From contig JAZJZK010000020.1 in assembly GCA_040389905.1 (NCBI GenBank), positions 32,001 through 96,000 of the forward strand: DNA of 64,000 nucleotides. Direction: 5' to 3'. Shown here one piece after another: positions 39,009 through 47,518 of the stretch; position 1 is the stretch's first letter, and each line of letters starts with the position of its first letter. Made by a program: the position numbers and the translations under genes. This stretch comes from Gemmatimonadota bacterium. Lineage in GTDB: Bacteria; Gemmatimonadota; Gemmatimonadetes; Gemmatimonadales; Gemmatimonadaceae. A model generated the notes under the pieces. That model saw only the letters and a program-made list of their open reading frames with translations. It ran no database searches and was not told the origin of the DNA.

Positions 39009-39203
39009 ACGTACGAGGTACGCGGACTCTGGTACCCTGACTGGCAGACAGGCCAAAAGGAGCCATCGAAAGAGCGTCGCCAATAACGCCGTTCTTGGAC
39101 CTCGGAACGGCGTTTGGCGTTGCGTCGATGCCATCCAATGTTTCGATGGCTCCTCTTGGGATGAATGCCAGTCCGGGTACAAGGTTCCAGGTACCTCGTA
39201 CGT
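39009..39203. repeat. 195-bp nested palindromic element (MITE-like or structured RNA)
   Basis: ACGTACGAGGTAC/GTACCTCGTACGT termini, GGAGCCATCGAAA/TTTCGATGGCTCC, inner AACGCCGTTC/GAACGGCGTT stem. Confidence 0.85.
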
Positions 39204-39316
39204 CGGTGCATCCAACGCGACACGGCATCAAGTCCCGACCTCCACCTGCCGATGCTCATGGGTGTGGGAGCCCTGTACATTCCCCCGCCTCCCCCACGGT
39301 TTCACTCTGGATTTTG

Positions 39317-40459
39317 ATGACCGACCACCAGGGCCGACGTTTCCGCGTGGCCTACGTCCTCCTTGCCTCCGCGTTCGCGATTTCCGGCGTGGGTTGCGGC
39401 GAGCCGAGACCGTATGTCATCGGCGTCGCCCTTGACCGGAGTGCGCTCGACGGCGTCGCTGCCGCTGCGCAACGCATCAACGCGCGGGGTGGCATCGACG
39501 GGCACCGGCTCGTCATCGACACGGCATCCGGCGTGGGGGGCACCACCGCGCGCGGCGCGCTGGAGGCCGCGGAAAAGTTTGCCGCCGACCCGCGCATTCT
39601 CGCGGTCATCGGGCACTCCAACAGCGGCACCAGCCTCGCCGCCTCGCAGGTGTACAACACGAGGCACGTCGTGCAGATCTCGCCGGCCGCGACCTCTCCA
39701 CTGTACTCGGACGCTGGGCCGTACAGCTTTCGCCTCGTAGGGAGTGACGTGCATCAGGCCGCGTTTCTGGCGGGTCACATCGCGCGGAGTTCAGCCGCTC
39801 CTCGTGCCGCGATCATGTACGTGAACAACGACTATGGTCGCCCGTTGCATGATGCCGTAGTCGAGAACCTGCGCACGGCGGGAATCGTCCCCGTATACGT
39901 CTCGCCCTTTGCGCAGCGAGACTCCGCCGGTGACGCGGAGGTGCTCGACGCGCTGACACGCGCGCGCCCCACGGTGCTCATGTGGATTGGCCGCGCCTTC
40001 GACCTCCAGCGCATCGCGCGCGAGCTTCGCGTCCGGATGCCAAACCTCCTTGTGTTGGCGTCCGATGCCTTTCCGGGAGGCGGTGCGCGCCTCGATTCCG
40101 CTGGCCTGCTCGACGGGGTCCGGCACGTCCGGCTCCTGGATCTCGATCGCGCGGACACCGTTCTTGCCGGCCTTCGAGCCAGTTATCGGAAGGACGGTCG
40201 CGACATCAACGATCAGGCCGTCCTCTCCTACGACGCGGTGAATCTTCTGGCGGAGGCGATCAGAGCCATGGGCCCCGACCGCGAGCGCATTCGCGTGTGG
40301 GTCGAGCAAATCGGGATGGCGCGGCCCGTGTTCGCCGGCATCAGCGGGTCGATCGCCTTCGGACCTCAAGGTGACCGTCAGCCGCAGTACTTTCTGTACG
40401 TGATCGGGAAAAAGGACGACCGCCCGCTACCTGATTCCCTTCGACAACGCCCGCGATGA
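39317..40459 (+). CDS. Type I periplasmic binding protein (LivJ/Peripla_BP_6-like), probable lipoprotein, copy 1
   Basis: GVGC lipobox-like; INARGGIDG, AVIGHSNSG, NNDYG, YDAV.LLAEAI, GISGSIAF. Confidence 0.85.
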   Translation: MTDHQGRRFRVAYVLLASAFAISGVGCGEPRPYVIGVALDRSALDGVAAAAQRINARGGIDGHRLVIDTASGVGGTTARGALEAAEKFAADPRILAVIGHSNSGTSLAASQVYNTRHVVQISPAATSPLYSDAGPYSFRLVGSDVHQAAFLAGHIARSSAAPRAAIMYVNNDYGRPLHDAVVENLRTAGIVPVYVSPFAQRDSAGDAEVLDALTRARPTVLMWIGRAFDLQRIARELRVRMPNLLVLASDAFPGGGARLDSAGLLDGVRHVRLLDLDRADTVLAGLRASYRKDGRDINDQAVLSYDAVNLLAEAIRAMGPDRERIRVWVEQIGMARPVFAGISGSIAFGPQGDRQPQYFLYVIGKKDDRPLPDSLRQRPR

Positions 40460-42054
40460 CGGCCTCACGGACAGGCGCGGCTTCGGGGCGGACCCTCCGG
40501 CGAATGCTGTTGGTCGTCGCGCTGTTGACGTCATCGGCCGCGGCGGCGGCGATGTTGGGCGCCGTGTCGCTGGTCAAGTCGCTGCGCGAAAACGTGGAGC
40601 GCGACACGGAAGTCTTCATGGAAGAGCAGCGCATGGCCGACCGCATCGTCGTGCTGACGAACGAGCAACAGCTCGCGGCCTACCGCGAGCTCGAGCGACC
40701 AGGAACCGTCAACACCGCGCTGTTCAGTGCACGCGGCGACAGTGCGTATCGCGAGATGCGGCGTTACCTCTTCCACGAGCTGTCGCTGGAGGCGCGCCTT
40801 CAGGTCGAGAGCATCAAGGAAGCGCACCAGCTCTTCGAGGTCGCGGCCAATCGTTCGTTCGACCTGAGCAACGCCGGACGCACGGACGAAGCGCGCAAAC
40901 GTCTTTCCAGTCTCGATGCGCGCGCGGAGGCGCTCGACTCCGCCGTGTCGAAATTCCGCGCCGCACGCGAGCGGCAGCGCAACGAATTCCGGGCGAGCCA
41001 CGCGGTGCTGGCACAACGACTGGACCGTGCACTCCTCCTCGTTGCCGGCGCACTGGTGTTGCTCGGCATCGTTGTCGCCGTGACGCTCCTACGCCGCGTG
41101 CTGCGTCCCCTCGATCACCTCGCGACAATGGCGGGCCGCATCGCGGAGGGCGATACACTCGCTCGCGTGCCTCCACAGAATTATCGCGAGTTCGACGTCG
41201 TGGCGAACGGCTTCAATCACATGGCGGGGCGAGTCCAGGCCGCGCGCGATGAGGTCGTGGCCCAGAACCTGGAGCTGCACCAGGCGCTGGAACACTTGCG
41301 TGCCACGCAGGAAGACCTCGTTCAGCACGAGAAGTTGAGTGCCATGGGACAGATGCTCGCCGGCCTCGCACACGAGTTGAACAATCCGTTGGCGGGGATT
41401 CTTGGCATGGCCGAGGTGCTTCAGGATGAATTGGCGCGAGCACCGGAGCGCGACACCCGCGAGCTCGGCACGGAGTTCGCCGAGCCGTTGGTGCGAGAGG
41501 CCGTTCGCGCGAATGCGCTCGTGCGGAGCCTGCTCCAATTCGCGCGCAAACCCGGCGACGTTCTCGAGTCCGTGCCGCTCGGCGCCACGCTCAGCACGGC
41601 GGTCGGACTGCGCGCACATGCCTTCGCCCAACAGGGAAAGACAGTGCGCGTCGATATTCCCACCGACCTGTGCGTGATCGCGGAAGCGCAGAAGCTCCAA
41701 CAGGTGGCCGTGAACCTCATCAACAATGCGCTCGATGCCCTCGTGACCGGAGGCGGAACGGGGCTCGTGATTTCCGCAACGCATGACGGCGGCGAGTTCG
41801 TGCTCGTTGAATTCCACGATGACGGACCAGGCATCCCTGATATCGCGCTGGCATTCACCCCATTCCATACGACGAAGGCGGCCGGCAAGGGCACCGGCCT
41901 TGGCCTGGGGCTCGTGACGCGCTTCGTCAAGGAGTTTGGCGGAACGGTAAATGCGCACAACGTGACGCCACGCGGGGCATGCATCACGGTGCGTCTGCTC
42001 GTGGCACCGGAGCCGCCGTCCGAGTCGAGAAATGAGTCTGAGGAGGACAACTGA
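40456..42054 (+). CDS. Membrane sensor histidine kinase (helical sensor, HAMP, HisKA, HATPase), copy 1
   Basis: Two TM; EKLSAMGQMLAGLAHELNNPL, NLINNA, DDGPG, FHTTK, GTGLGL; ATGA overlap. Confidence 0.92.
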   Translation: MTASRTGAASGRTLRRMLLVVALLTSSAAAAAMLGAVSLVKSLRENVERDTEVFMEEQRMADRIVVLTNEQQLAAYRELERPGTVNTALFSARGDSAYREMRRYLFHELSLEARLQVESIKEAHQLFEVAANRSFDLSNAGRTDEARKRLSSLDARAEALDSAVSKFRAARERQRNEFRASHAVLAQRLDRALLLVAGALVLLGIVVAVTLLRRVLRPLDHLATMAGRIAEGDTLARVPPQNYREFDVVANGFNHMAGRVQAARDEVVAQNLELHQALEHLRATQEDLVQHEKLSAMGQMLAGLAHELNNPLAGILGMAEVLQDELARAPERDTRELGTEFAEPLVREAVRANALVRSLLQFARKPGDVLESVPLGATLSTAVGLRAHAFAQQGKTVRVDIPTDLCVIAEAQKLQQVAVNLINNALDALVTGGGTGLVISATHDGGEFVLVEFHDDGPGIPDIALAFTPFHTTKAAGKGTGLGLGLVTRFVKEFGGTVNAHNVTPRGACITVRLLVAPEPPSESRNESEEDN

Positions 42055-43178
42055 GCCGAATTCCGGATCGCCGTCGCCTTGGTCACCTTGGGAAAGGTGT
42101 CGCGGTGGCGTTCGGGCTGCTGGCGATTCTCGCCTGCCGCGATCCCGAGCCGTACCGCATCGGGGTCGTGCTCACCGCGACCGGGAATCCAGGGGCAGTG
42201 CTGGCCACCGAGTTCATCAATCGGAACGGCGGAATTGGCGGAGTGCCCCTCGTGCTGGTGAACCTCGGCGATTCACCAACCGGCAGTGCTCCCCTCGCGC
42301 TCGATGCGGCAGAACGCCTGGTCGCCGATCCGCGGGTGCTCGCGGTGGTCGGACACTCGAACAGCAGCGCCAGTCTTGCGGCCTCGCAAGTGTACAATTC
42401 CCGGCACGTCGTGCAGATCGCCCCAACGAGCACGACACCGCTCTTCAACCGCGCCGGCCCCTGGAGCTTCCGGCTGGTCGCGAGCGATGAGTACCAGGCG
42501 CCCTTCATCGCCGCGGCGGTCGCTGCCGAACATCCCGACCGCGTCGCGGTGGTCTATGTCAACGACGTGTATGGTCGCTCGCTCAACAGCCTGCTGGCGC
42601 ACGAGTTGGAGAAGTCGAAGATCGCCGTGGTGGCAACCTTGCCCTACGTGGAAACCGAGTCGGCGAATCAATCCGATCTCGTGTCGTCGCTCGCGAAATA
42701 TCGACCGACGCTGCTGGTGTGGCTGGGACGAAGCGCGTATTTCGACGACATCACGGCGCCACTCGGAAAGGCGCTACCGGGACTTCGCGTGCTGGCCAGC
42801 GACGGCTTTGGCGGGCGAACCGCACGATTGGACTCGTCGGTCCTGGGAGAGGTTCGTCACGTCCGACTTGTCGACATGAATCGGGCCGACACCACCCTTC
42901 AGCGCGTTCGGCAGCTGTACCGGGAGAGGGAGAAGACCGAGATCAATGACGAAGCGGCGCTCTCGTATGACGCAGTTCTCCTGCTGGCGGAGGCCATCCG
43001 ACGCGTTGGCCCCGATCGGGCCCGCGTTCGGGAGTGGCTGTCGCACGTGGGACGGGATGCGCCGGCATACAACGGCATCACGGGGCCGATCGCTTTCGTG
43101 AACGGCGGCAGCCGGAAGGCACAATACTCCTGGGGTATCGCGCACGCCGCTTCTCCGGTGCCGCGGCGTGCGCCATGA
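42051..43178 (+). CDS. Type I periplasmic binding lipoprotein, copy 2 (probable CTG start)
   Basis: GAGGAGG then in-frame CTG 42051 gives a full signal peptide ending ILAC; paralog of 39317-40459. Alternative start GTG 42105. Confidence 0.85.
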   Translation: MSRIPDRRRLGHLGKGVAVAFGLLAILACRDPEPYRIGVVLTATGNPGAVLATEFINRNGGIGGVPLVLVNLGDSPTGSAPLALDAAERLVADPRVLAVVGHSNSSASLAASQVYNSRHVVQIAPTSTTPLFNRAGPWSFRLVASDEYQAPFIAAAVAAEHPDRVAVVYVNDVYGRSLNSLLAHELEKSKIAVVATLPYVETESANQSDLVSSLAKYRPTLLVWLGRSAYFDDITAPLGKALPGLRVLASDGFGGRTARLDSSVLGEVRHVRLVDMNRADTTLQRVRQLYREREKTEINDEAALSYDAVLLLAEAIRRVGPDRARVREWLSHVGRDAPAYNGITGPIAFVNGGSRKAQYSWGIAHAASPVPRRAP

Positions 43179-45208
43179 GGCGAGAGGGAACACCAAGTCT
43201 TCGCCGCACGTTGCGGGTGAGCGCCATCGCAGTCGTCGTCGTTGCGAGTGCCGCGACGCTCATGGCCTTGTACCTGACGCAGTCTGCAGGCGCCGAGATT
43301 GAAACGGACCGCAATGCGTTCGTGGACGAACAACGCATCGCCGACCACATCGTGGCGCTCACGTACCAACAGCAGCTCGAAGCGTTTCGCTATCTCCAGG
43401 ACCTGAAGGAGGAGCACCGACGCGCCTTCGACGTGCGCGGTGACTCGGCGGAGGCGGAGATGCAGCTCTACCTCTTCCAGCAACTCTCGCCTGCGGCGCG
43501 CCTCGAAGTGGAGCGCATGAAGGAGGCGCATCAGCAGTTCGAGGTCACGGCGCATCGCGTACTCGAACTGGCCGAGCGTGGCGAACGTGATGAGGCGCAG
43601 CGAAGAAATGCACAACTCGCGGGCGGGGCGGCCGTGCTCGATTCGTCTGTGACGGGCTTCCTGCTCGCCCGAATCGCGCAGCGCTCCGCGCTTCAGACCC
43701 GATATGCGGCGCTGACCGCGCGCGTACGGGTCTCACTCGCGCTCATGGGCGTCGCGCTCCTCGCTCTGGCCGGCATACTGTCTCGCCAACTCGAGCGTCG
43801 TGTCCTTGCGCCACTCAACCAACTCATTGCGGTCGCGAAGCAAATCAGCGGCGGCGACGCCAACGCGCGTGTTCCACCTCAGAAGTACGCCGAGCTCGAA
43901 CAGGTCGCGCTGTCCTTCAACGACATGGCCGCAAGCATCCATCGCGCGCGCGAGACGACGGAGACGCAAAACGATGAATTGCGTGAGTCACTCGACCAGC
44001 TGCATCGAGCACAGGGGGAACTGGTGCAGCGCGAGAAGCTCAGTGCCATGGGGCAGATGCTCGCTGGTCTTGCGCACGAACTGAATAACCCGCTCGCCAG
44101 CGTCCTTGGTATCGCGGAGTTGCTCCGGATCGAGATGAAGGCATCGAACGACAGCGCCACGCGACACCTTGGCGCCGAGCTGGCCGAACCCCTCGCTCGT
44201 GAGGCGGAGCGCGCGCGGGACCTTGTTCGCAACCTGTTGAGCTTCTCGCGGAAATCATCCGGCATGGCAGAGCCGGTGGCACTTTCTGCGGCCGTGCGAA
44301 TTGCGATGGGCCTCCGCGCGTCCGCGTTCACCCAGGCGGGAAAACGGCTCGAGATGGAAGTCCCCCCCACGCTGTACGTCATGGCGGACGTGCAGAAACT
44401 CGAGCACATCATCATCAACGTCGCCAACAATTCGCTCGATGCGATGTCGGCGGCATCGGGTACGGTACTTCGGATTTCCGCCACCCAGGACGGTGACGAT
44501 CGCGTTCGCCTCGTCCTCGAGGACGACGGGCCCGGCTTTGCCAATCCTGCTGCGGTGTTCGACGCGTTCTATACGACCAAACCGGCAGATCAAGGCACGG
44601 GACTCGGCCTCACACTCGTGCAGCAATTCGTTCACGAGTTCGGCGGGGAGGTCAGTGCGGAAAACCGTGAAGGCGGCGGCGCGCGTGTGGTGGTCCGCAT
44701 GCGCAGCGCGAAGCCGCCAGTGCAACCTGATCTCGCACCGGCCGTCAACCCCAGGATCGCGTCGGGGAGTCATCCTGTCATCCCAAGGCCTCAACCGCCA
44801 CGAACCACTGCTGTCCCGCGCGCTCCAGGACGAAGGCGCCGCATCCTCATCGTTGATGATGAGGCATCGCTGCGCGAGATCCAGCGCCGCCTTCTGTCGC
44901 AGGAAAACGTCGACGTCCTGCTCGCGTCCAATGCCGAGGAAGCACAGCAGACGCTGCTGACCGAGCCGGTGGACCTGGTCATCTCCGATCTTCGCATGCC
45001 GGGCCGAACGGATGGGAGAGGCCTGATGGCATGGATCGATGCGACGCTGCCGCACCTCACCCCTTATACGCTCGTGGTGTCCGGCGATACGCATGGAGCC
45101 CAAAACGGCGACCTTGAACTACCGTCGACCCGCGTCCTGAGCAAACCGTTTACCCGCGATGAGTACCTGTCGCGCGTCCGCGCGTTACTCAGCACGACAC
45201 GAGACTGA
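43175..45208 (+). CDS. Hybrid sensor histidine kinase with C-terminal receiver domain, copy 2
   Basis: AHELNNPL, DDGPG, FYTTK, GTGLGL; REC ILIVDDE, SDLRMP, KPF; ATGA overlap. Confidence 0.92.
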   Translation: MRREGTPSLRRTLRVSAIAVVVVASAATLMALYLTQSAGAEIETDRNAFVDEQRIADHIVALTYQQQLEAFRYLQDLKEEHRRAFDVRGDSAEAEMQLYLFQQLSPAARLEVERMKEAHQQFEVTAHRVLELAERGERDEAQRRNAQLAGGAAVLDSSVTGFLLARIAQRSALQTRYAALTARVRVSLALMGVALLALAGILSRQLERRVLAPLNQLIAVAKQISGGDANARVPPQKYAELEQVALSFNDMAASIHRARETTETQNDELRESLDQLHRAQGELVQREKLSAMGQMLAGLAHELNNPLASVLGIAELLRIEMKASNDSATRHLGAELAEPLAREAERARDLVRNLLSFSRKSSGMAEPVALSAAVRIAMGLRASAFTQAGKRLEMEVPPTLYVMADVQKLEHIIINVANNSLDAMSAASGTVLRISATQDGDDRVRLVLEDDGPGFANPAAVFDAFYTTKPADQGTGLGLTLVQQFVHEFGGEVSAENREGGGARVVVRMRSAKPPVQPDLAPAVNPRIASGSHPVIPRPQPPRTTAVPRAPGRRRRILIVDDEASLREIQRRLLSQENVDVLLASNAEEAQQTLLTEPVDLVISDLRMPGRTDGRGLMAWIDATLPHLTPYTLVVSGDTHGAQNGDLELPSTRVLSKPFTRDEYLSRVRALLSTTRD

Positions 45209-45216
45209 GCACGCAA

Positions 45217-46470
45217 TCACACGGGCGGCGCCGCCATCGCGAGCGGGATGTCGATCACGAACGTCGTGCCCTCTCCCGCAACGCCAGTCGACGACACGGT
45301 AATCGCACCGCCGTGCCCTTCCACGATCTCCTTCGCGATCAGCAACCCGAGCCCAGTACCACCTGCGGCGCGCGTCGCCTGCCCCGGGAGGCGGTGATAC
45401 TTGGCGAACAACGTCGGCAACTGCGTGGGCTCGATGCCCGCACCGGTATCACTCACGCTAATGCGCGCTCGCGCTCCGTCCGATTCGAGCGTTACCGTGA
45501 TCGTACCTTCGTCCGGCGTGTACTTGATGGCGTTCGACAGCAGGTTCTCCAGCGATTGTTCCAGCTTCGGGCCATCGGCATCGGCGAAGATCTCGCCCGC
45601 GGGGACATGCACGACGAGGTGCTGGCGTTTTACGCCCACCTGCGGCTCCGCGGTCGACGCGGCACGACGCACGATGACACACAGGTCCGTCATTTCGCGA
45701 TCGAGACGCAGATAACCGGCGTCGATCTTCGCAAAATCCAGATAATCCGTGATGAGGCGCAGCATCTTCTCGCCAGCCGTGGATGCAATTTCCACGAGTT
45801 GCGTCTGCTTCGGCGTCAGCGGCCCGCCCTTGCCGTCCATCAGCATCTTGGTGGCGACGCGCACGTTGCCTGCGGGGTTGCGGAGATCGTGCGTCACCAT
45901 CGAGTAAAAGTCGGCCTTCACGCGCTGCAACTGTTCGATCTCATCCAACGCCGCCTGGAGCTCGCTCACGCGCTCGGCGAGTGACCGCTGGCTCGCGCGC
46001 AGGGCAGCGCCGATCTCGTTCCGCCGGCGCTGATTGACGCACGCCGCCGAGTGGTAGCGCACGCGTGCGACCAACTCGACACGGTCCGGCAGCTTGACGA
46101 GATAGTCGCTTGCCCCGTTCGCGAACGCGTCGTGCTTCACGCGCGCATCTTCCTTGGTGGAGAGCACGATGATCGGCGTCTCCATCGTCGGGCCATTCGC
46201 GCGAAAGCGCTGGAGCAACTCGAGGCCATCGACGCCGGGCATGACGAGATCCTGGAGGATCACGGTCGGCGCGATGTCGTTGGCGATGTCCACAGCGAGC
46301 AGCGGGTCCGCGCAGTAGTGGAACGCCAGGTCGGGCTGGTCGGCGAGGAGACGCCGCACGGCCTCGCCGACGAAGGGTTGGTCGTCGATGAGGAGCACCA
46401 TGCCACCAAGCGGCGATGTTGCATCCGGCGGTGGCTCCGTCGCCACGTCCTTGTCAGCGAGTGGTTGCAT
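45217..46470 (-). CDS. WspR-like receiver domain fused to histidine kinase (no GGDEF)
   Basis: LLIDDQ, PTVILQDLVMPGVDGL, IIVLSTKE, DYLVKLPD.VELVAR.RYHS; then THDLRNP, NLLSNAIKY, DTGAG, GTGLGL. Confidence 0.88.
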   Translation of the reverse strand: MQPLADKDVATEPPPDATSPLGGMVLLIDDQPFVGEAVRRLLADQPDLAFHYCADPLLAVDIANDIAPTVILQDLVMPGVDGLELLQRFRANGPTMETPIIVLSTKEDARVKHDAFANGASDYLVKLPDRVELVARVRYHSAACVNQRRRNEIGAALRASQRSLAERVSELQAALDEIEQLQRVKADFYSMVTHDLRNPAGNVRVATKMLMDGKGGPLTPKQTQLVEIASTAGEKMLRLITDYLDFAKIDAGYLRLDREMTDLCVIVRRAASTAEPQVGVKRQHLVVHVPAGEIFADADGPKLEQSLENLLSNAIKYTPDEGTITVTLESDGARARISVSDTGAGIEPTQLPTLFAKYHRLPGQATRAAGGTGLGLLIAKEIVEGHGGAITVSSTGVAGEGTTFVIDIPLAMAAPPV

Positions 46471-47518
46471 TGACCGGTGGCGTGATGGCCGCTTGCGAGC
46501 CGGACGATCGTTCGGCGAGTCGCATCGATTGATTGAGGAAGGGACCGATTCGTTCCAACGCCAACACATCCGTCGCCGCGTTCGCCTCGGCGGCGGCACG
46601 CGGCATTCCATACACGGCGGACGTCTTCTCATCCTGCGCGATCGTGCGTGCGCCCGCAACACGCAGCTTGCCCAGTCCGATCGCGCCGTCCCGTCCCATC
46701 CCCGACAAGACCACGCCGATGACCGCGCCCCGCCAGTTGTTCGCGACACTTTCGAAGAGTACGTCGGCCGAGGGCCGGTACAACGCCGTCGCGGGCTCGC
46801 GTTCGTAGCCGAGCGTGCCGTTGGCGCGCAAGACGAGATGGAGGTCTCCCGCGGAGACGTAGACGTGACCGGCGAGCGGCCGGGTGCCCTCCTGCGCGAC
46901 CTGCACCGAGAACGATGCCTGGCTGTCGAACCAGTCCGCCATCGAGTCGACGAACTCGGCGTCGACGTGCTGTACCACCAACACGGCGGCCTGAAGATCG
47001 GCTGCGAGGTCGCGCAGCACGTGCGCGACGGCCGGCGGCCCCCCGGCGGAGGCGCCGATCACGATCAGGCCCGCCACGGGTGGGCCATCCATTTTCGTGG
47101 ATAGTCGAGGAGGGACGAAACGCGGAAGCCCCACCTGTCCTACGAGCTTGATCTTGTTCATCAGCGCTTTCGTCGACGCTTCGCCCGAGTCCGCGGCCAG
47201 CGTTGGCGTTGCCACGACGTCAACGGCTCCTGCACCGAGAGCGGCGAACACCTTGCTCGTGTTCCTCGACACGTCGCCGGTGACGACGAGGATGGCACAC
47301 GGCGTCGCCGACATGATCTGGCGAATGGCCTCGACGCCGTCCATGACCGGCATGAGGAGGTCCATGAGGACAACGTCCGGCGGGTCCTGCGCACACCGGC
47401 GTACCGCCTCCGCACCATCGCGCGCGATCCACGCCAGTGTATGGTCAGGTGCACCCGCCACCGCTCGACGCAGCACTTCCACCGCGACCGCGTCGTCGTT
47501 GACCACCGCGATCCTCAT
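46454..47518 (-). CDS. cheB: Chemotaxis methylesterase CheB (WspF-like)
   Basis: MRIAVVND REC; GASAGG, VQH, RPSAD, GMGRDGA, VYGMP. Confidence 0.93.
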   Translation of the reverse strand: MRIAVVNDDAVAVEVLRRAVAGAPDHTLAWIARDGAEAVRRCAQDPPDVVLMDLLMPVMDGVEAIRQIMSATPCAILVVTGDVSRNTSKVFAALGAGAVDVVATPTLAADSGEASTKALMNKIKLVGQVGLPRFVPPRLSTKMDGPPVAGLIVIGASAGGPPAVAHVLRDLAADLQAAVLVVQHVDAEFVDSMADWFDSQASFSVQVAQEGTRPLAGHVYVSAGDLHLVLRANGTLGYEREPATALYRPSADVLFESVANNWRGAVIGVVLSGMGRDGAIGLGKLRVAGARTIAQDEKTSAVYGMPRAAAEANAATDVLALERIGPFLNQSMRLAERSSGSQAAITPPVNATTR

